From the NCBI GenBank assembly GCA_965222375.1, contig CBDCTZ010000011.1, positions 256,001-320,000 of the forward strand: a DNA stretch of 64,000 bases. The letters are read 5' to 3'. A model generated the notes under the pieces. That model saw only the letters and a program-made list of their open reading frames with translations, ran no database searches and had not been told where the DNA came from. Positions 48,420 to 58,120 of this stretch are shown here, piece after piece (positions within the stretch are counted from its first letter, which is position 1; the number at the start of each line of letters is the position of its first letter). Source of the stretch: Polyangiaceae bacterium. GTDB lineage: Bacteria; Myxococcota_A; Polyangia; Polyangiales; Polyangiaceae. The translations under genes and the position numbers were made by a program.

Positions 48420-49709
48420 CTACGGTTCCCAGTCCGATCCCTGGGGAGGCTTGGGCGCAGGCGGGTCTTTCGACGTGGCGGGTTTGGCGGGCCGGCGTGC
48501 TTTGGTGGGCCGCTTCGGCTTGGTGGCCTTCTTGGGTGGCGTCTTGCTTGGCTTGCCCCCCGAAGCGTCCGTCTTGGTGGCAGAGCCTTCGGTTTCCTCC
48601 GACTCTTCGGACTCCCCGGCCTCCTTCGAGTCGTCGCTATTGGGCGGGGGCTCTGGGGCGATCCCCGCCACGACGCCGGACTTTCCGGGCTTGAGAGTCA
48701 CGATAAAACGCGGCGGTGTCTGAGGATTGCAGCCGCCGATGAACCCCGTCGAATCGAAGGCCGTTTCGAATTTGCCGCGGCGCTCTTTGCCCTTCGCGTC
48801 CCACAGCGAAACCTCAACGCGTAGCTCGCGTACGCCACCGCGGGCTGGTGAGCAATATGCCAGCAGGTAGTGCTGACTGTAGGCGCGGTCGACCATCTCT
48901 GCAGCATTGACGAAACCCACCCCAGACATTTCTGGCGACGTCGGCCGAATGACGCCGGCGCGCCCGACCTGCTTGAGCTTGAAGCGCGAGTCCTCGGATT
49001 CGAAGCCGATGGCGTAGACGCGGTGCTGCGAGCTTTCCAACTTGGCGGCGACAACTTCGTCTGCGACGCGACCCGCCAGATCGCCGCCCCGAGTGAAGAC
49101 GACCAGGCTGCCAACGCGCACGGGCTTCTTTTCGCCTCCAAGACGCTGGTCCAGCTGCGTCAGCCCTTCGATCACCGCGCCGTTCAGGTTGCGGGAAGCG
49201 TCTTGGCTGACGGTCTGTGTCAGCTTCTTGAGGTGCTTTGGCCCATCCGGCTCGATCGCTTGCGGGTATTCCCCGATGAACTTCAGCTTGGGGCCACCGT
49301 CGAAGCTGAAGACCGAGACGGTCTGGCGTTTGCGAATGGCCTTGACGAAACCAGCCGCTCCCCGCGCGACTGCGTGAGCGCCTCGCTTGTCGCTGATGTC
49401 GACTAGGAGCACCGTGCGGTGAACCGCTGCGACAGTCGGGTCCAGCAGAACCTGGTGGCTCTTGGTCGGATCGAGGCGCTCGCCGTTTTCGAAGATCTCG
49501 AAGCCGGCCGACGTGAGGTCTGGGACCGGCGTGTCTCCCTGGGTCACGGCAACGTAAACGGCGACGTTGGCTGGTCGCTGCACGGAAGTTGCCACGGGCG
49601 TGACGACCACGCGATTCGGCTGGCAGCCCACCGCCACCGCAAGCGCGGCTGTCATGAAGATGGGTTTCACTGCGCTGCCGGCGTTTCCAAGCGGGTCTAG
49701 AGCCATCAC
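48420..49709 (-). CDS. VWA-like lipoprotein with Lys/Pro-rich tail
   Basis: Lipobox AVGC; VPDLT...FEIFENG, VLLVDIS, LVVFTRG.D, YLLAYCSPAR. Start uncertain. Confidence 0.75.
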   Translation of the reverse strand: MMALDPLGNAGSAVKPIFMTAALAVAVGCQPNRVVVTPVATSVQRPANVAVYVAVTQGDTPVPDLTSAGFEIFENGERLDPTKSHQVLLDPTVAAVHRTVLLVDISDKRGAHAVARGAAGFVKAIRKRQTVSVFSFDGGPKLKFIGEYPQAIEPDGPKHLKKLTQTVSQDASRNLNGAVIEGLTQLDQRLGGEKKPVRVGSLVVFTRGGDLAGRVADEVVAAKLESSQHRVYAIGFESEDSRFKLKQVGRAGVIRPTSPEMSGVGFVNAAEMVDRAYSQHYLLAYCSPARGGVRELRVEVSLWDAKGKERRGKFETAFDSTGFIGGCNPQTPPRFIVTLKPGKSGVVAGIAPEPPPNSDDSKEAGESEESEETEGSATKTDASGGKPSKTPPKKATKPKRPTKARRPAKPATSKDPPAPKPPQGSDWEP

Positions 49710-49823
49710 GGGTTGGTGGGTAGAACGGTGAGCTACCGCGTCTGTTCTGTCAACGAGCAGGTGCGACTTCGCCGCGAGTTGCAGCGGAGTCGCACCAGGC
49801 TGCTACAGTGGCTCATCCGCGCC

Positions 49824-50708
49824 ATGTTTCGTCTCACTGTCTTAGTCATTGCTGCGCTGCTCATCATGTCTTGCGTACGGCGCGGTCCGCCGGCGGAGTT
49901 TGGCAAGGGACCTCTCGTTGTTGCGGAGGCCACTCCGCAAATCGCCGCCCTCGAACGCAAGATGGCCGCGCGGCTGAACCGCGACCGCGCGAAGAATGGG
50001 CTTCCACCTCTCGCCTACGATGCTGCCCTCGCAGACATCGCGCGAGCACACTCCAAGGACATGCACGACCGAGGGTTCTTCGACCACGACTCTCCCTTCA
50101 CGGGCTCGCTTCAAGATCGCATCGATCGCGCCGGCTACCTGGCGAAGACCGCGCGAGAGAACCTCGGCGAGGGAGCGAACATCGATGGTGCTCAGGACTT
50201 GCTACTGAGCAGCCCCGGCCACCACGCAAACATCATGGCCAAGGACGTCACCCACGTCGGGATCGGAATCCTCGACGTGGGTACGAAGAAGCAACCGAAA
50301 TTGCTCGTGACTCAGGTGTTCGCTACGCCGGTCAAGAGCCAGGACCCGGGGCAGGCCCGCGCTGTCCTCGTGCGTCGAATCGCCCAAGCCCGCCGCGCAG
50401 CCGGGCTGGCGCCGCTGCCGTCGCACCCCCTACTCGAGAAGCTGGCCAAAAAGCACATGAGCGAAGTCCCGGACGGCCAGGAGACCGCTGCCAACAAGCG
50501 CATTGGCGACGCCATCGTGGGCCAGCTCGAAGGCAGTGGCATGGGTTCGGTGATCGTGGGCACCACGGTGTTCTTGTCACCGGACATGTACGAACCGACC
50601 GGCCTCGTCGTGACCCGCGGCGCACGAGGCTATGGCTTGGCCACGTCCTCGGGTCGGGACGAACAAGGGCGTCCGGCGATCAAGGCGTTGATTCTGGTGG
50701 GGCAGTGA
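49824..50708 (+). CDS. CAP/SCP-domain lipoprotein (one intact and one degenerate CAP domain)
   Basis: NRDR...GLPPL.YD..L..IARAHS.DM...FFDH, ENLG, SPGHHANI, HVGIG. Start placed at ATG 49824. Confidence 0.88.
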   Translation: MFRLTVLVIAALLIMSCVRRGPPAEFGKGPLVVAEATPQIAALERKMAARLNRDRAKNGLPPLAYDAALADIARAHSKDMHDRGFFDHDSPFTGSLQDRIDRAGYLAKTARENLGEGANIDGAQDLLLSSPGHHANIMAKDVTHVGIGILDVGTKKQPKLLVTQVFATPVKSQDPGQARAVLVRRIAQARRAAGLAPLPSHPLLEKLAKKHMSEVPDGQETAANKRIGDAIVGQLEGSGMGSVIVGTTVFLSPDMYEPTGLVVTRGARGYGLATSSGRDEQGRPAIKALILVGQ

Positions 50709-50867
50709 CTAGTCAAACGGGTGCTGCGGAAGGTTCGGAGTCGCGTTCGCAGCAACGAAGTGTCAGCTGGGCGACGCTGACTCTCGAGCGTTGTCGAACA
50801 CACTCACGTGTGACACCACCGCCACGGCTGCTCCTGTCCAGATTGCGCCATACCGACAGTTTCTGAC

Positions 50868-50883
50868 GGGCACGGAACCTGCA
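50868..50883 (+). promoter_or_regulatory. Candidate sigma-54 (-24/-12) promoter
   Basis: GGCACGGAACCTGCA has GG-N10-GC spacing (GG 50869-70, GC 50881-82) just upstream of ATG 50896. Confidence 0.45.
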
Positions 50884-51301
50884 CGGAGAACCTGCATGCG
50901 ATTGCTCGTTGCGTTGGCATTGGGTTCCTCGGTTGTTTCGGCGTCCCTTCCCGCCTCTGCTAACTGCGCGGCAGGCGCTCGTGGGTGCTATTGTCAACGG
51001 GCATCCGAAACGGCGTCTAAGTGGGCGGCATGGCGGAGGTGCCCATATTTGCGCGTGAGTGATGCCCGGATTTACGCCGTCGGATAGAGCGCGTGAAATT
51101 GGGCCCGGTCGGGTGGGCGCTTGGATGATCTCGATGCCCAGATAGATGAAAGGCCCGGGGCGCAACCCGAGCCTTTCCAACCGCGATCAGTTGTGGCGCA
51201 AGCATCGCTGATAGCGGCGTACGGATCCAGAAAACTGCTGGGCGGAGTCCGCGATCAGCGATTCGTTCCGGCTTTTCAACTGTCAGCGGTGCCACGGCCA
51301 G

Positions 51302-51886
51302 GTGAAGCTTTGCCAACGTTGCGACCGAGGGCAGCTGTATTGCAGCAGTGACTGCGCTTCAATAAGTCGCAGCCAAAGCGTGCGAGAGGCGGGGGCTCGG
51401 TACCAGCGCACGCGCCGTGGAGCGCGGCTTCACGCAGAGCGACAAGCCCGTCACCGGGCGCGGCGGCGAGAAAAAGTGACGCATCACCCCTCGTCATTAG
51501 ACGCCAGCGGGCGCAGCAGTGGACCCGAGAGTGAGGCGGCACGGCACGCCGTCCTCGAGGCTAACCCCAATGATGCGTCTGACAGCCCAGCTTCAGGTTT
51601 CGAAAACGGAGATGCAGCTTCTGGTGACGTCTCCGGAACAAGGGGATGTGCTGAAAGCGAGGCTGTCGCTGCGACCGTCTCACCCTCGCGCTCTTCTGAC
51701 ATTGCTCGAAGGGCTCGCGCTGTGGAGCGGGGCGAAGCTCTGCGTTGCGATTACTGCGGAGCAGAACTGCCCAAGTTGGCTCGACTCGGGGCTGTTTGGC
51801 GACGAGCTATGGCCCGGGGAAAGCCAACTCGTGCAGTACGAGGTCGCCGGCCGCGCCCGCCCAAAGCGCCTACGAGGCGTGGGTGA
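51302..51886 (+). CDS. IS passenger ORF1: Cys-rich zinc-finger-like plus Arg-rich protein
   Basis: The frame reads RLFNCQRCHGQVKLCQRCDRGQLYCSSDC...RYQRTRRG..HAERQARHR. The Cys cluster begins upstream of GTG 51302; a possible ATC start at 51254 follows GGAG. Confidence 0.55.
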   Translation: MKLCQRCDRGQLYCSSDCASISRSQSVREAGARYQRTRRGARLHAERQARHRARRREKVTHHPSSLDASGRSSGPESEAARHAVLEANPNDASDSPASGFENGDAASGDVSGTRGCAESEAVAATVSPSRSSDIARRARAVERGEALRCDYCGAELPKLARLGAVWRRAMARGKPTRAVRGRRPRPPKAPTRRG

Positions 51887-51920
51887 CTTTCGTCGCATGC
51901 GTGGACGAGGTGCGCGGTGA
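51570..51920 (+). CDS. IS passenger ORF2: hypothetical protein coupled to istA
   Basis: GAGG SD, ATG 51570, LKARL...[17 protein letters not shown]; its stop overlaps the istA start (GTGA). Confidence 0.7.
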   Translation: MMRLTAQLQVSKTEMQLLVTSPEQGDVLKARLSLRPSHPRALLTLLEGLALWSGAKLCVAITAEQNCPSWLDSGLFGDELWPGESQLVQYEVAGRARPKRLRGVGDFRRMRGRGAR

Positions 51921-53428
51921 TCAGCAAGGAGCGCAGAGCCGAAATCCTCCGGCTGTACCACGCGGAGAAGTGGAAGATCGGGACGATTGCCCAGCAGCTT
52001 GGCATCCACCACGGCACGGTGCGGCGTGTCCTGCGAGACGCCGGGGTCGACACGGTGTCCCGGAGTCTGCGTCCGTCAATTACCGATCCCTACGTCCCAC
52101 TGATCATCGAGACGCTGGCGCAGTACCCGAAGCTGCCGGCGATCCGCGTTTACGCGATGGCGAAAGAGCGGGGCTACCAGGGCGGCTCAGATCATTTTCG
52201 CCGCATCGTCGCTCGACACAGACCGCGACCAACAGCGGAAGCGTACATGCGTTTGCGCACGCTGCCTGGCGAACAGGGCCAAGTGGATTGGGCGCATTTC
52301 GGGACTCTTTCAGTTGGGCGAGCGAGCCGGCAGCTGATGGCATTTGTGATGGTGCTCAGCTGGTCGCGGATGGTGTTTCTACGCTTCTACCTGAACGCCA
52401 ACATGTCGAGTTTTCTTCACGGGCATGTGTCTGCGTTTGATTTCTGGGCAGGCGTTCCACGGGTCCTGCTGTACGACAATCTCAAGAGTGCGGTGCTGGA
52501 GCGCAAGGGCGATGCGATCCGTTTTCACCCCACGCTGCTGGAGTTAGCTGGCCACTATCGCTACGAGCCACGCCCAGTCGCGGTGGCACGCGGCAATGAG
52601 AAGGGCCGCGTCGAGCGCGCGATCCGCTACATCAGATCCAGCTTCTTCGCCGCACGCGAGTATCGCGATCTCGACGATCTGAATGAGCAAGCACTCGACT
52701 GGTGCCTGGGCACTGCGGCGGAGCGTCGTTGTCCCGAGGATGAGACCCTGAACGTCTCGGAGGCCTTCGCCGAAGAGAAGCCGCGTCTGTTGGAGCTACC
52801 GAGCAATCCATTTTTGACCGACGAGCGCATCGAGGTTGCCGTGGGCAAGACGCCCTACGTGCGTTTCGACCTGAACGACTACTCCATTCCGGCAACGCAT
52901 ACACGCAGGAGCCTCACCGTGGTGGCAAGCATGACGACCGTGCGTGTCCTCGACGGTGAAGACACCATCGCGGAGCACGCCCGGTGCTGGGATCGCCGTC
53001 AGGCGATCGAGGAGCCGGCACACATTGCGGCGCTTGCAGAGTGGAAACGGCAAGCCCACGCGCATCGCGGCCTTGATCGCTTGCATCACGCGGCGCCATC
53101 TTCCCGAAAGCTTTTCAAAGTGCTGGCCGAGCAGGGCAAGAACTTGGGCGGCGCGACGATTGCGATGCTCAAGCAGCTGGACCGAGTTGGGGCCGCGGAG
53201 CTGGAAGCTGCGCTGGCCGAGGTTGTGCAACTCGGCACACCACACCTTGCGGCTGTGCACCACGTCCTGGAGCGACGCCGCTACGAGCGCGGCACCCCTC
53301 CACCCGTGGGGCGACATCTTCCCGACGACGACCGCGTGCAAGGCCCGGTCGTCACCCCGCATTCACTCAGCGACTACGACGGTATTGGGAGAGACGATGA
53401 TGACAACGACGACGAGCGATCAGGCTGA
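51917..53428 (+). CDS. istA: IS21 transposase IstA
   Basis: N-terminal [20 protein letters not shown] and GNEKGRVE (DDE triad); [11 protein letters not shown]. Confidence 0.95.
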   Translation: MISKERRAEILRLYHAEKWKIGTIAQQLGIHHGTVRRVLRDAGVDTVSRSLRPSITDPYVPLIIETLAQYPKLPAIRVYAMAKERGYQGGSDHFRRIVARHRPRPTAEAYMRLRTLPGEQGQVDWAHFGTLSVGRASRQLMAFVMVLSWSRMVFLRFYLNANMSSFLHGHVSAFDFWAGVPRVLLYDNLKSAVLERKGDAIRFHPTLLELAGHYRYEPRPVAVARGNEKGRVERAIRYIRSSFFAAREYRDLDDLNEQALDWCLGTAAERRCPEDETLNVSEAFAEEKPRLLELPSNPFLTDERIEVAVGKTPYVRFDLNDYSIPATHTRRSLTVVASMTTVRVLDGEDTIAEHARCWDRRQAIEEPAHIAALAEWKRQAHAHRGLDRLHHAAPSSRKLFKVLAEQGKNLGGATIAMLKQLDRVGAAELEAALAEVVQLGTPHLAAVHHVLERRRYERGTPPPVGRHLPDDDRVQGPVVTPHSLSDYDGIGRDDDDNDDERSG

Positions 53429-54164
53429 CAAGGATCTGCGAGAGCGTGCGCACCGCCTGGGGTTGCACGGTCTTCTGGCCAACTGGGACGACGTGGTGAG
53501 CGCAGATTGGCTTGGTCCGTTGCTCGCCTACGAGGAAGCCGAACGCACCCGGCGCAGTCTGGAGCGTCGCATCAAAAATGCCCGGCTGGGTCGATTCAAG
53601 CCGCTCACCGACTTCGATTGGAAGTGGCCGAAGAAGATCGACAAGAGCTCCGTCGACGAGCTCTTTCGCCTCAACCTATTCGCCGAAGGCGCCAATGCCG
53701 TGTTGCTTGGGCCCAACGGCGTCGGCAAGACGATGTTGCTCAAAAATCTCGCACATCACTGCGTGATGCGCGGCTATACGGTGCGTTTCACCACAGCCAG
53801 CGCCATGCTCAACGAACTTGCGGGTCAAGACAGCAGCGCCGCCCTCAGCCGTCGCCTGCGCCAATACACCCACCCGCAGCTCCTGTGCGTCGACGAGGTC
53901 GGTTACCTTTCCTACGACAGCCGCTATGCCGATCTGCTCTTCGAGGTCGTCACCAGACGCTACGAGGCGCTCAAGCCCGTGGTGCTGACCACGAACAAGC
54001 CCTTCAGCGAGTGGCCCGACGTCTTTCCCCACGCCGCCTGCGTCGTCACCTTGGTCGATCGCCTCATCCACCGCTGCGAAGTCATCCACATCCAGGGCCA
54101 GAGTTACCGCGCAAAGGAAGCCAAAGAACGCGCCGCCTCCAAAAAGGCGAACAAGCCCACTTAG
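53397..54164 (+). CDS. istB: IS21 helper ATPase IstB
   Basis: [46 protein letters not shown] 53397 overlaps the istA end. Confidence 0.95.
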   Translation: MMTTTTSDQADKDLRERAHRLGLHGLLANWDDVVSADWLGPLLAYEEAERTRRSLERRIKNARLGRFKPLTDFDWKWPKKIDKSSVDELFRLNLFAEGANAVLLGPNGVGKTMLLKNLAHHCVMRGYTVRFTTASAMLNELAGQDSSAALSRRLRQYTHPQLLCVDEVGYLSYDSRYADLLFEVVTRRYEALKPVVLTTNKPFSEWPDVFPHAACVVTLVDRLIHRCEVIHIQGQSYRAKEAKERAASKKANKPT

Positions 54165-54710
54165 ACGCGCCCATCTATGCGCCCTTTTTCATGACCGCTA
54201 ACAGCTATTGCCAGGCAGCCCGCGCAGTCGTTGACGGCCGCGTGGAGTCCATCGCGGGTGACGCAGCTGCGGGCTTCACTCTGACGGTTCGCATCGACGC
54301 CATTGCCGCCGGCGATGCAACCAGCCTGGGCATCAAAGTCGGTGAGTCCTTTCTGATTGGCAGCTCGGGTTTCTACCCAGATGGCCCGAAAGTAGGCGAC
54401 CGCGTTCTTGTTCCGGTGGAGGGACCCGGGCGCTTTGGATGGCGCCAGTTCCGAGTCGACGCCGCAAGTGATACGCGATGCGACGGAACCATGGTGAGCG
54501 CCGACGTTGCCAGCGAATTGCTCGTCAAGACCGCACAGGAATGCAGCGACTCGTTGGACGCGCGCGGTCTGGCGCCACCCCCTTGCAACGACACGGTGAA
54601 TTGCGCCCTGCGTGCTGAGCCCAGCTCGGACGCCGACTCCTCGTTGGCGTTGCTACTGGTGCTGAGTGCGGTGTTCGGCTGGCGCCGCCGGCGGCGGCAC
54701 TGAGTCGCGG

Positions 54711-57038
54711 TTACTTCTTCAGCCGCGCTTGAATGTGGTTGATGGCCTCGCGAAAGGCGGCGGCTTGCTTGCCACAAGGCGGAGGGCAAGGGCGTCGCTT
54801 CCGGTAGCCGCAGCCTTTGCGTGTGCGGTTGCTGAGCATGACTAGGGTTGCCACCACCCGCTTGTCACCGACGGCCTTGGCGCGCGTCAAAAGCGGTAAC
54901 CGCGCTTTGCAGCTGGAGGCAGAGCGAACGTCAAAAGCGATTAGCAGCGCCGGGGTCGCTCGCTCACGGGTGCCAGGCTCGAGTAGCAAAGCGCGCGCGC
55001 GATCGCGCACCAACGGCGCGGTAACGTAGAGGTCATAGAGCAAGTCAGGCCCGGCCGCGCCCATCTCGTGTGCCATGACTTGAAGCGCGCGTTCGCCCAC
55101 CCTGTCACTGAATGCGAGCTTGACGAGTAGCGCGCGGACCTTGGCCTTCTTGGCGGTGACACGGTCGAGCTTGAACAATCGGACCAGCGTGTTCAGGGCC
55201 AGGGGTTGGTTTGCCTTCTTCTCGCCGTAGGCCAGGGCCAAGGGCTCCAAAACGTGGGGGTCACGTGGGTAGCGTTCCGCCAGGGCGCGCCAACCCTCGA
55301 GCCCTCGCTCTTTGGCGGCGTCCAGTTCGGTGATGCTGGCGCGCTTGTTGGAAACGCCGGCGTCAGGGGCGGGCTCTGCACTCGCGACGGCAGCTGCGCT
55401 CGCAAGGTCCAGGTCGATCGGCGCCGCGGTTGCTTCCGTCGGTGCTTTGGAGGCCTCGAGCCCCCGTGGGGTTGGCGGCAGCTGGGATTCCGGGCTTGCG
55501 CCGGCCGAGTGGAGGAAGCCGATCCGCATCAGCGCAACCACGCCGGCGAGGGTGGCCACGGCGACAACGGGGCCTGCCAGGAAGCGTTTCATTCGCCCGG
55601 GGCGCTTGGCCAGCAAGTTGCCTCGCAGTGCCGCTGCCCCACCGACCAACATCGCAACGGAGCACAGCAACACGTCCCAGCCGGCCCAGGCGCCGCTCTC
55701 TGGCTTCGCTCCGCGCTGCAGCCAGGTGTCGTGAGCGCGAATGGCGAGGGCAGCGAGCCCGTACGCGACGATGGCCGAGTACACCACCGCTCGAGTGCGC
55801 GCGAGCAGCTCTGCTACACGAGCGCTGTTGTGCCAGACTTTGCGGCGCAAATACCGGAGCGATAGGATCGCGGGGGTCGCGACGGTGCCCAGGATCGCGA
55901 GGGCCATCAGTGCAAGCTCGGACGCGGTCGGGGCGCGGTGCAAGACGAAAACGGCGAGCCCGCCGCGAATTGCCATTGCCAGCCACAACGAAAGCAGGGC
56001 CGCGCCCAGGGCAGCGACGAAGATCAGTCGGGTTCGATCGTGCTCGGTCGCCCGGGCATGCTCTTCACGGCGAATAGATGGCGGAGGCGGCGCCGAGAGT
56101 CGCGCTTCGGCTTCGCGTGTGTCGCGTTCGAATTCTTCGAGCTCGGCTTCGAGCTCGGTGGCGCTTGTGAAGCGTTCCGCCGGGTCTCGTGCCATGGCGC
56201 GCTGCACGATCGCTTCGAGGCGCTTCGGGATATTTGGTGCATGTGAACGCGGACGCGCAGGCTCGCGCGCCATCACGGCCAAAACTGTCTCCTGCGGCGA
56301 GGCCTCCGAGTAGGGCGGTACACCCGTGAGCATCACGTAGAGCAGTGCACCGATCCCGTAGACGTCGCTCCGCTGGTCCGCGGATTCGGCCCGGGCCTGT
56401 TCTGGCGACATGTAGGACGGAGTGCCCATGGCAATCCCGCTGCGAGTGATCGAGACGTCTCCGGCCTCCATCATGCGCGCCAAACCAAAGTCGAGCACCT
56501 TGGCACGCGGCGCGTCGGGATCACCGCTCAGGAACACGTTTCCGGGTTTGAGATCCCGATGAATCACTCCGCACTCGTGGGCCGCCGCGATCCCTCGGCA
56601 CACCTGGCGACCGATGCGGGTGGCTAGCAGTGGGTCGAGGCGATTGCCATCGTCGACCATGCTGGCCAAGTCGTTGCCCTCCAGGAACTCCGTGACGATG
56701 TACGGGCGGCCGCTCGGGGAGGTGCCTACATCCGTGACGTCGACGATGTTGGGGTGCACTACGCTCGCGATGGCGTGCGCCTCGCGCTCGAATCGCGCGG
56801 CGATTTCCGCCTGCTCGGCCATATTCACGCGCAAGACTTTGACGGCAAAGCGTTTGGCCGGGATGCGGGTGTGCTGGGCCTCGTATACGCGCGCCATGCC
56901 TCCTTGCCCGAGGTGTTTCGTGAGCGCGTAGGTATCTCTCAACGTGAGCCCGACCAGGTCGTCGCTCTCGAGTTCCTCGATCTCCGCGTCGTGCAGGGTG
57001 GGGGCTTCTTCGGGTTTCTCCGCTTCGACCATCGCCAA
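54711..57038 (-). CDS. Membrane Ser/Thr protein kinase (about 5 TM + C-terminal helical/Cys domain)
   Basis: GQGGMARVY, AVK, HRDLKPGN, DFG, GTPSYMSPEQ. Confidence 0.92.
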   Translation of the reverse strand: MAMVEAEKPEEAPTLHDAEIEELESDDLVGLTLRDTYALTKHLGQGGMARVYEAQHTRIPAKRFAVKVLRVNMAEQAEIAARFEREAHAIASVVHPNIVDVTDVGTSPSGRPYIVTEFLEGNDLASMVDDGNRLDPLLATRIGRQVCRGIAAAHECGVIHRDLKPGNVFLSGDPDAPRAKVLDFGLARMMEAGDVSITRSGIAMGTPSYMSPEQARAESADQRSDVYGIGALLYVMLTGVPPYSEASPQETVLAVMAREPARPRSHAPNIPKRLEAIVQRAMARDPAERFTSATELEAELEEFERDTREAEARLSAPPPPSIRREEHARATEHDRTRLIFVAALGAALLSLWLAMAIRGGLAVFVLHRAPTASELALMALAILGTVATPAILSLRYLRRKVWHNSARVAELLARTRAVVYSAIVAYGLAALAIRAHDTWLQRGAKPESGAWAGWDVLLCSVAMLVGGAAALRGNLLAKRPGRMKRFLAGPVVAVATLAGVVALMRIGFLHSAGASPESQLPPTPRGLEASKAPTEATAAPIDLDLASAAAVASAEPAPDAGVSNKRASITELDAAKERGLEGWRALAERYPRDPHVLEPLALAYGEKKANQPLALNTLVRLFKLDRVTAKKAKVRALLVKLAFSDRVGERALQVMAHEMGAAGPDLLYDLYVTAPLVRDRARALLLEPGTRERATPALLIAFDVRSASSCKARLPLLTRAKAVGDKRVVATLVMLSNRTRKGCGYRKRRPCPPPCGKQAAAFREAINHIQARLKK

Positions 57039-57187
57039 GACTTCGGTTCGTGTGCGAAATGAGTGTTCCCGCTCCCACGCGCTTGCGGGCGAAGCGTGCC
57101 TAACCTAGCATGAGTGTTCGTCACCCTGGGGGGGGTGGCGTGATCCCAGAAAAAGAGGCTGCGCCCGAAGCCCTTGGCGACGGGCCG

Positions 57188-57892
57188 CTAGCGTTCGCGT
57201 GAACCCTGCGCGCTGTCCTCCAGCCGACGCTGGGTGGCGCGCGCGATAGCCCGACCGACTCGCTTTTCGTTGAACCCCGTCAGCACAATTCCGTCGATGT
57301 CCAAGGTGGGCACGCCACCGCCCGGGACCAGCCGCCGATGTTCGCGCTTTGCTGCTGGACTCTTTTCGACATCGTGTTCGGTAAATGCGATTGAGTTGTG
57401 TTGCAGCCAGCGTCGCGCACGTGTGCAGTGCGGGCACCAGTTCGTGCTGTACAAAGTGACCTTTACGCTCCGAAGCGCGGCGCGTAGGTCGGCTTCACTC
57501 GGCTGGTCGTTGGCCGCTGGCTGTTCTATGGCGCCGGCGTCTTCGGCCCCGGCGGGTTCGGCGACGGCGAGCGGCGACCCTGGTGATGGGGCGGGCTCAC
57601 CCCAACCTTGTGCCTCCGCCGTCGGTCGAGTCGGCGCAGTCACAACTTCCGACTTGGCGGTTCGTGGCGTTTGGAGTGACGCTGATGCGGCAGGTAACTC
57701 GGGGCTCGGTCGCTCGACGGCGGAGCTCACGAGCTTGATCGCTATGGCACCGACCAAGCCGGTCGCAACCAACACGAGCGCAACGAGACCAACGCGCCCA
57801 GGCAGTGCGCTTGCGGGTTTGTTCTGACCGCGGCGGCACAGGACACACTCGCCGCCAGGTGGCACCACTAGGTTGTGCGCGGGACAGCGCAT
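57188..57892 (-). CDS. Membrane-anchored glutaredoxin-like (NrdH-type) protein
   Basis: N-terminal CPAH...CVLC, one TM helix, linker, LYSTNWCPHC, GVPTLDIDG...GF. Confidence 0.85.
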   Translation of the reverse strand: MRCPAHNLVVPPGGECVLCRRGQNKPASALPGRVGLVALVLVATGLVGAIAIKLVSSAVERPSPELPAASASLQTPRTAKSEVVTAPTRPTAEAQGWGEPAPSPGSPLAVAEPAGAEDAGAIEQPAANDQPSEADLRAALRSVKVTLYSTNWCPHCTRARRWLQHNSIAFTEHDVEKSPAAKREHRRLVPGGGVPTLDIDGIVLTGFNEKRVGRAIARATQRRLEDSAQGSRER

Positions 57893-58120
57893 TACTGGGC
57901 GCTGAGCTTAGCAGGCCGCGCGTGACTGGAAAACGGTCAGCTCACACAGCCGCGCGCCGCTGACAGCGGGCCGCTCGGATTTCCATCCGTGGCGATGCGT
58001 GTGCAAACAAGTAACCCGCCGAAGCTGCAAGCTACAATGTTCTTGCCGTTTGCCGGGCCCAGACGTGTGCCAACCAGTGCTAGTGCTCGCCACTGAGGTG
58101 GAGCGAACGCTACGCGTTCA

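Larger units (their letters stand above)
50992..54203 (+). mobile_element. IS21-family insertion sequence (3212 bp) with two passenger ORFs
   Basis: TG...CA ends (TGTCAACGGGCAT versus reverse-complement TGTTAGCGGTCAT); shared inverted 14-mer GCGTCTAAGTGGGC at 51013-51026 and 54155-54168; 5-bp direct repeat GCTAT at 50987-50991 and 54204-54208; istA and istB. Confidence 0.93.
50896..54703 (+). pseudogene. MYXO-CTERM-anchored secreted protein gene split by an IS21 insertion (fragments 50896-50991 and 54204-54703)
   Basis: Removing the IS and one GCTAT copy restores one frame: MRLLVALALGSSVVSASLPASANCAAGARGCY|CQAARAVVDG...NCALRAEPSSDADSSLALLLVLSAVFGWRRRRRH (196 aa). Confidence 0.85.

Noticed and set aside
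53507..54190. 398-aa ORF 53507-54703, or a programmed -1 frameshift fusing IstB to the downstream fragment
   Set aside because: The 5' part is an off-frame shadow of istB. The candidate slip site (C AAA AAG) is not a full A6G heptamer and no stimulatory structure is evident. Only 54204-54703 is a real gene remnant.
57125..57140. Poly-G tract as a phase-variation site, or a sixth motif copy (CCCTG)
   Set aside because: There is no TAnnnT at 16-17 nt and no GGGTCG. A short G run is unremarkable at this GC content.
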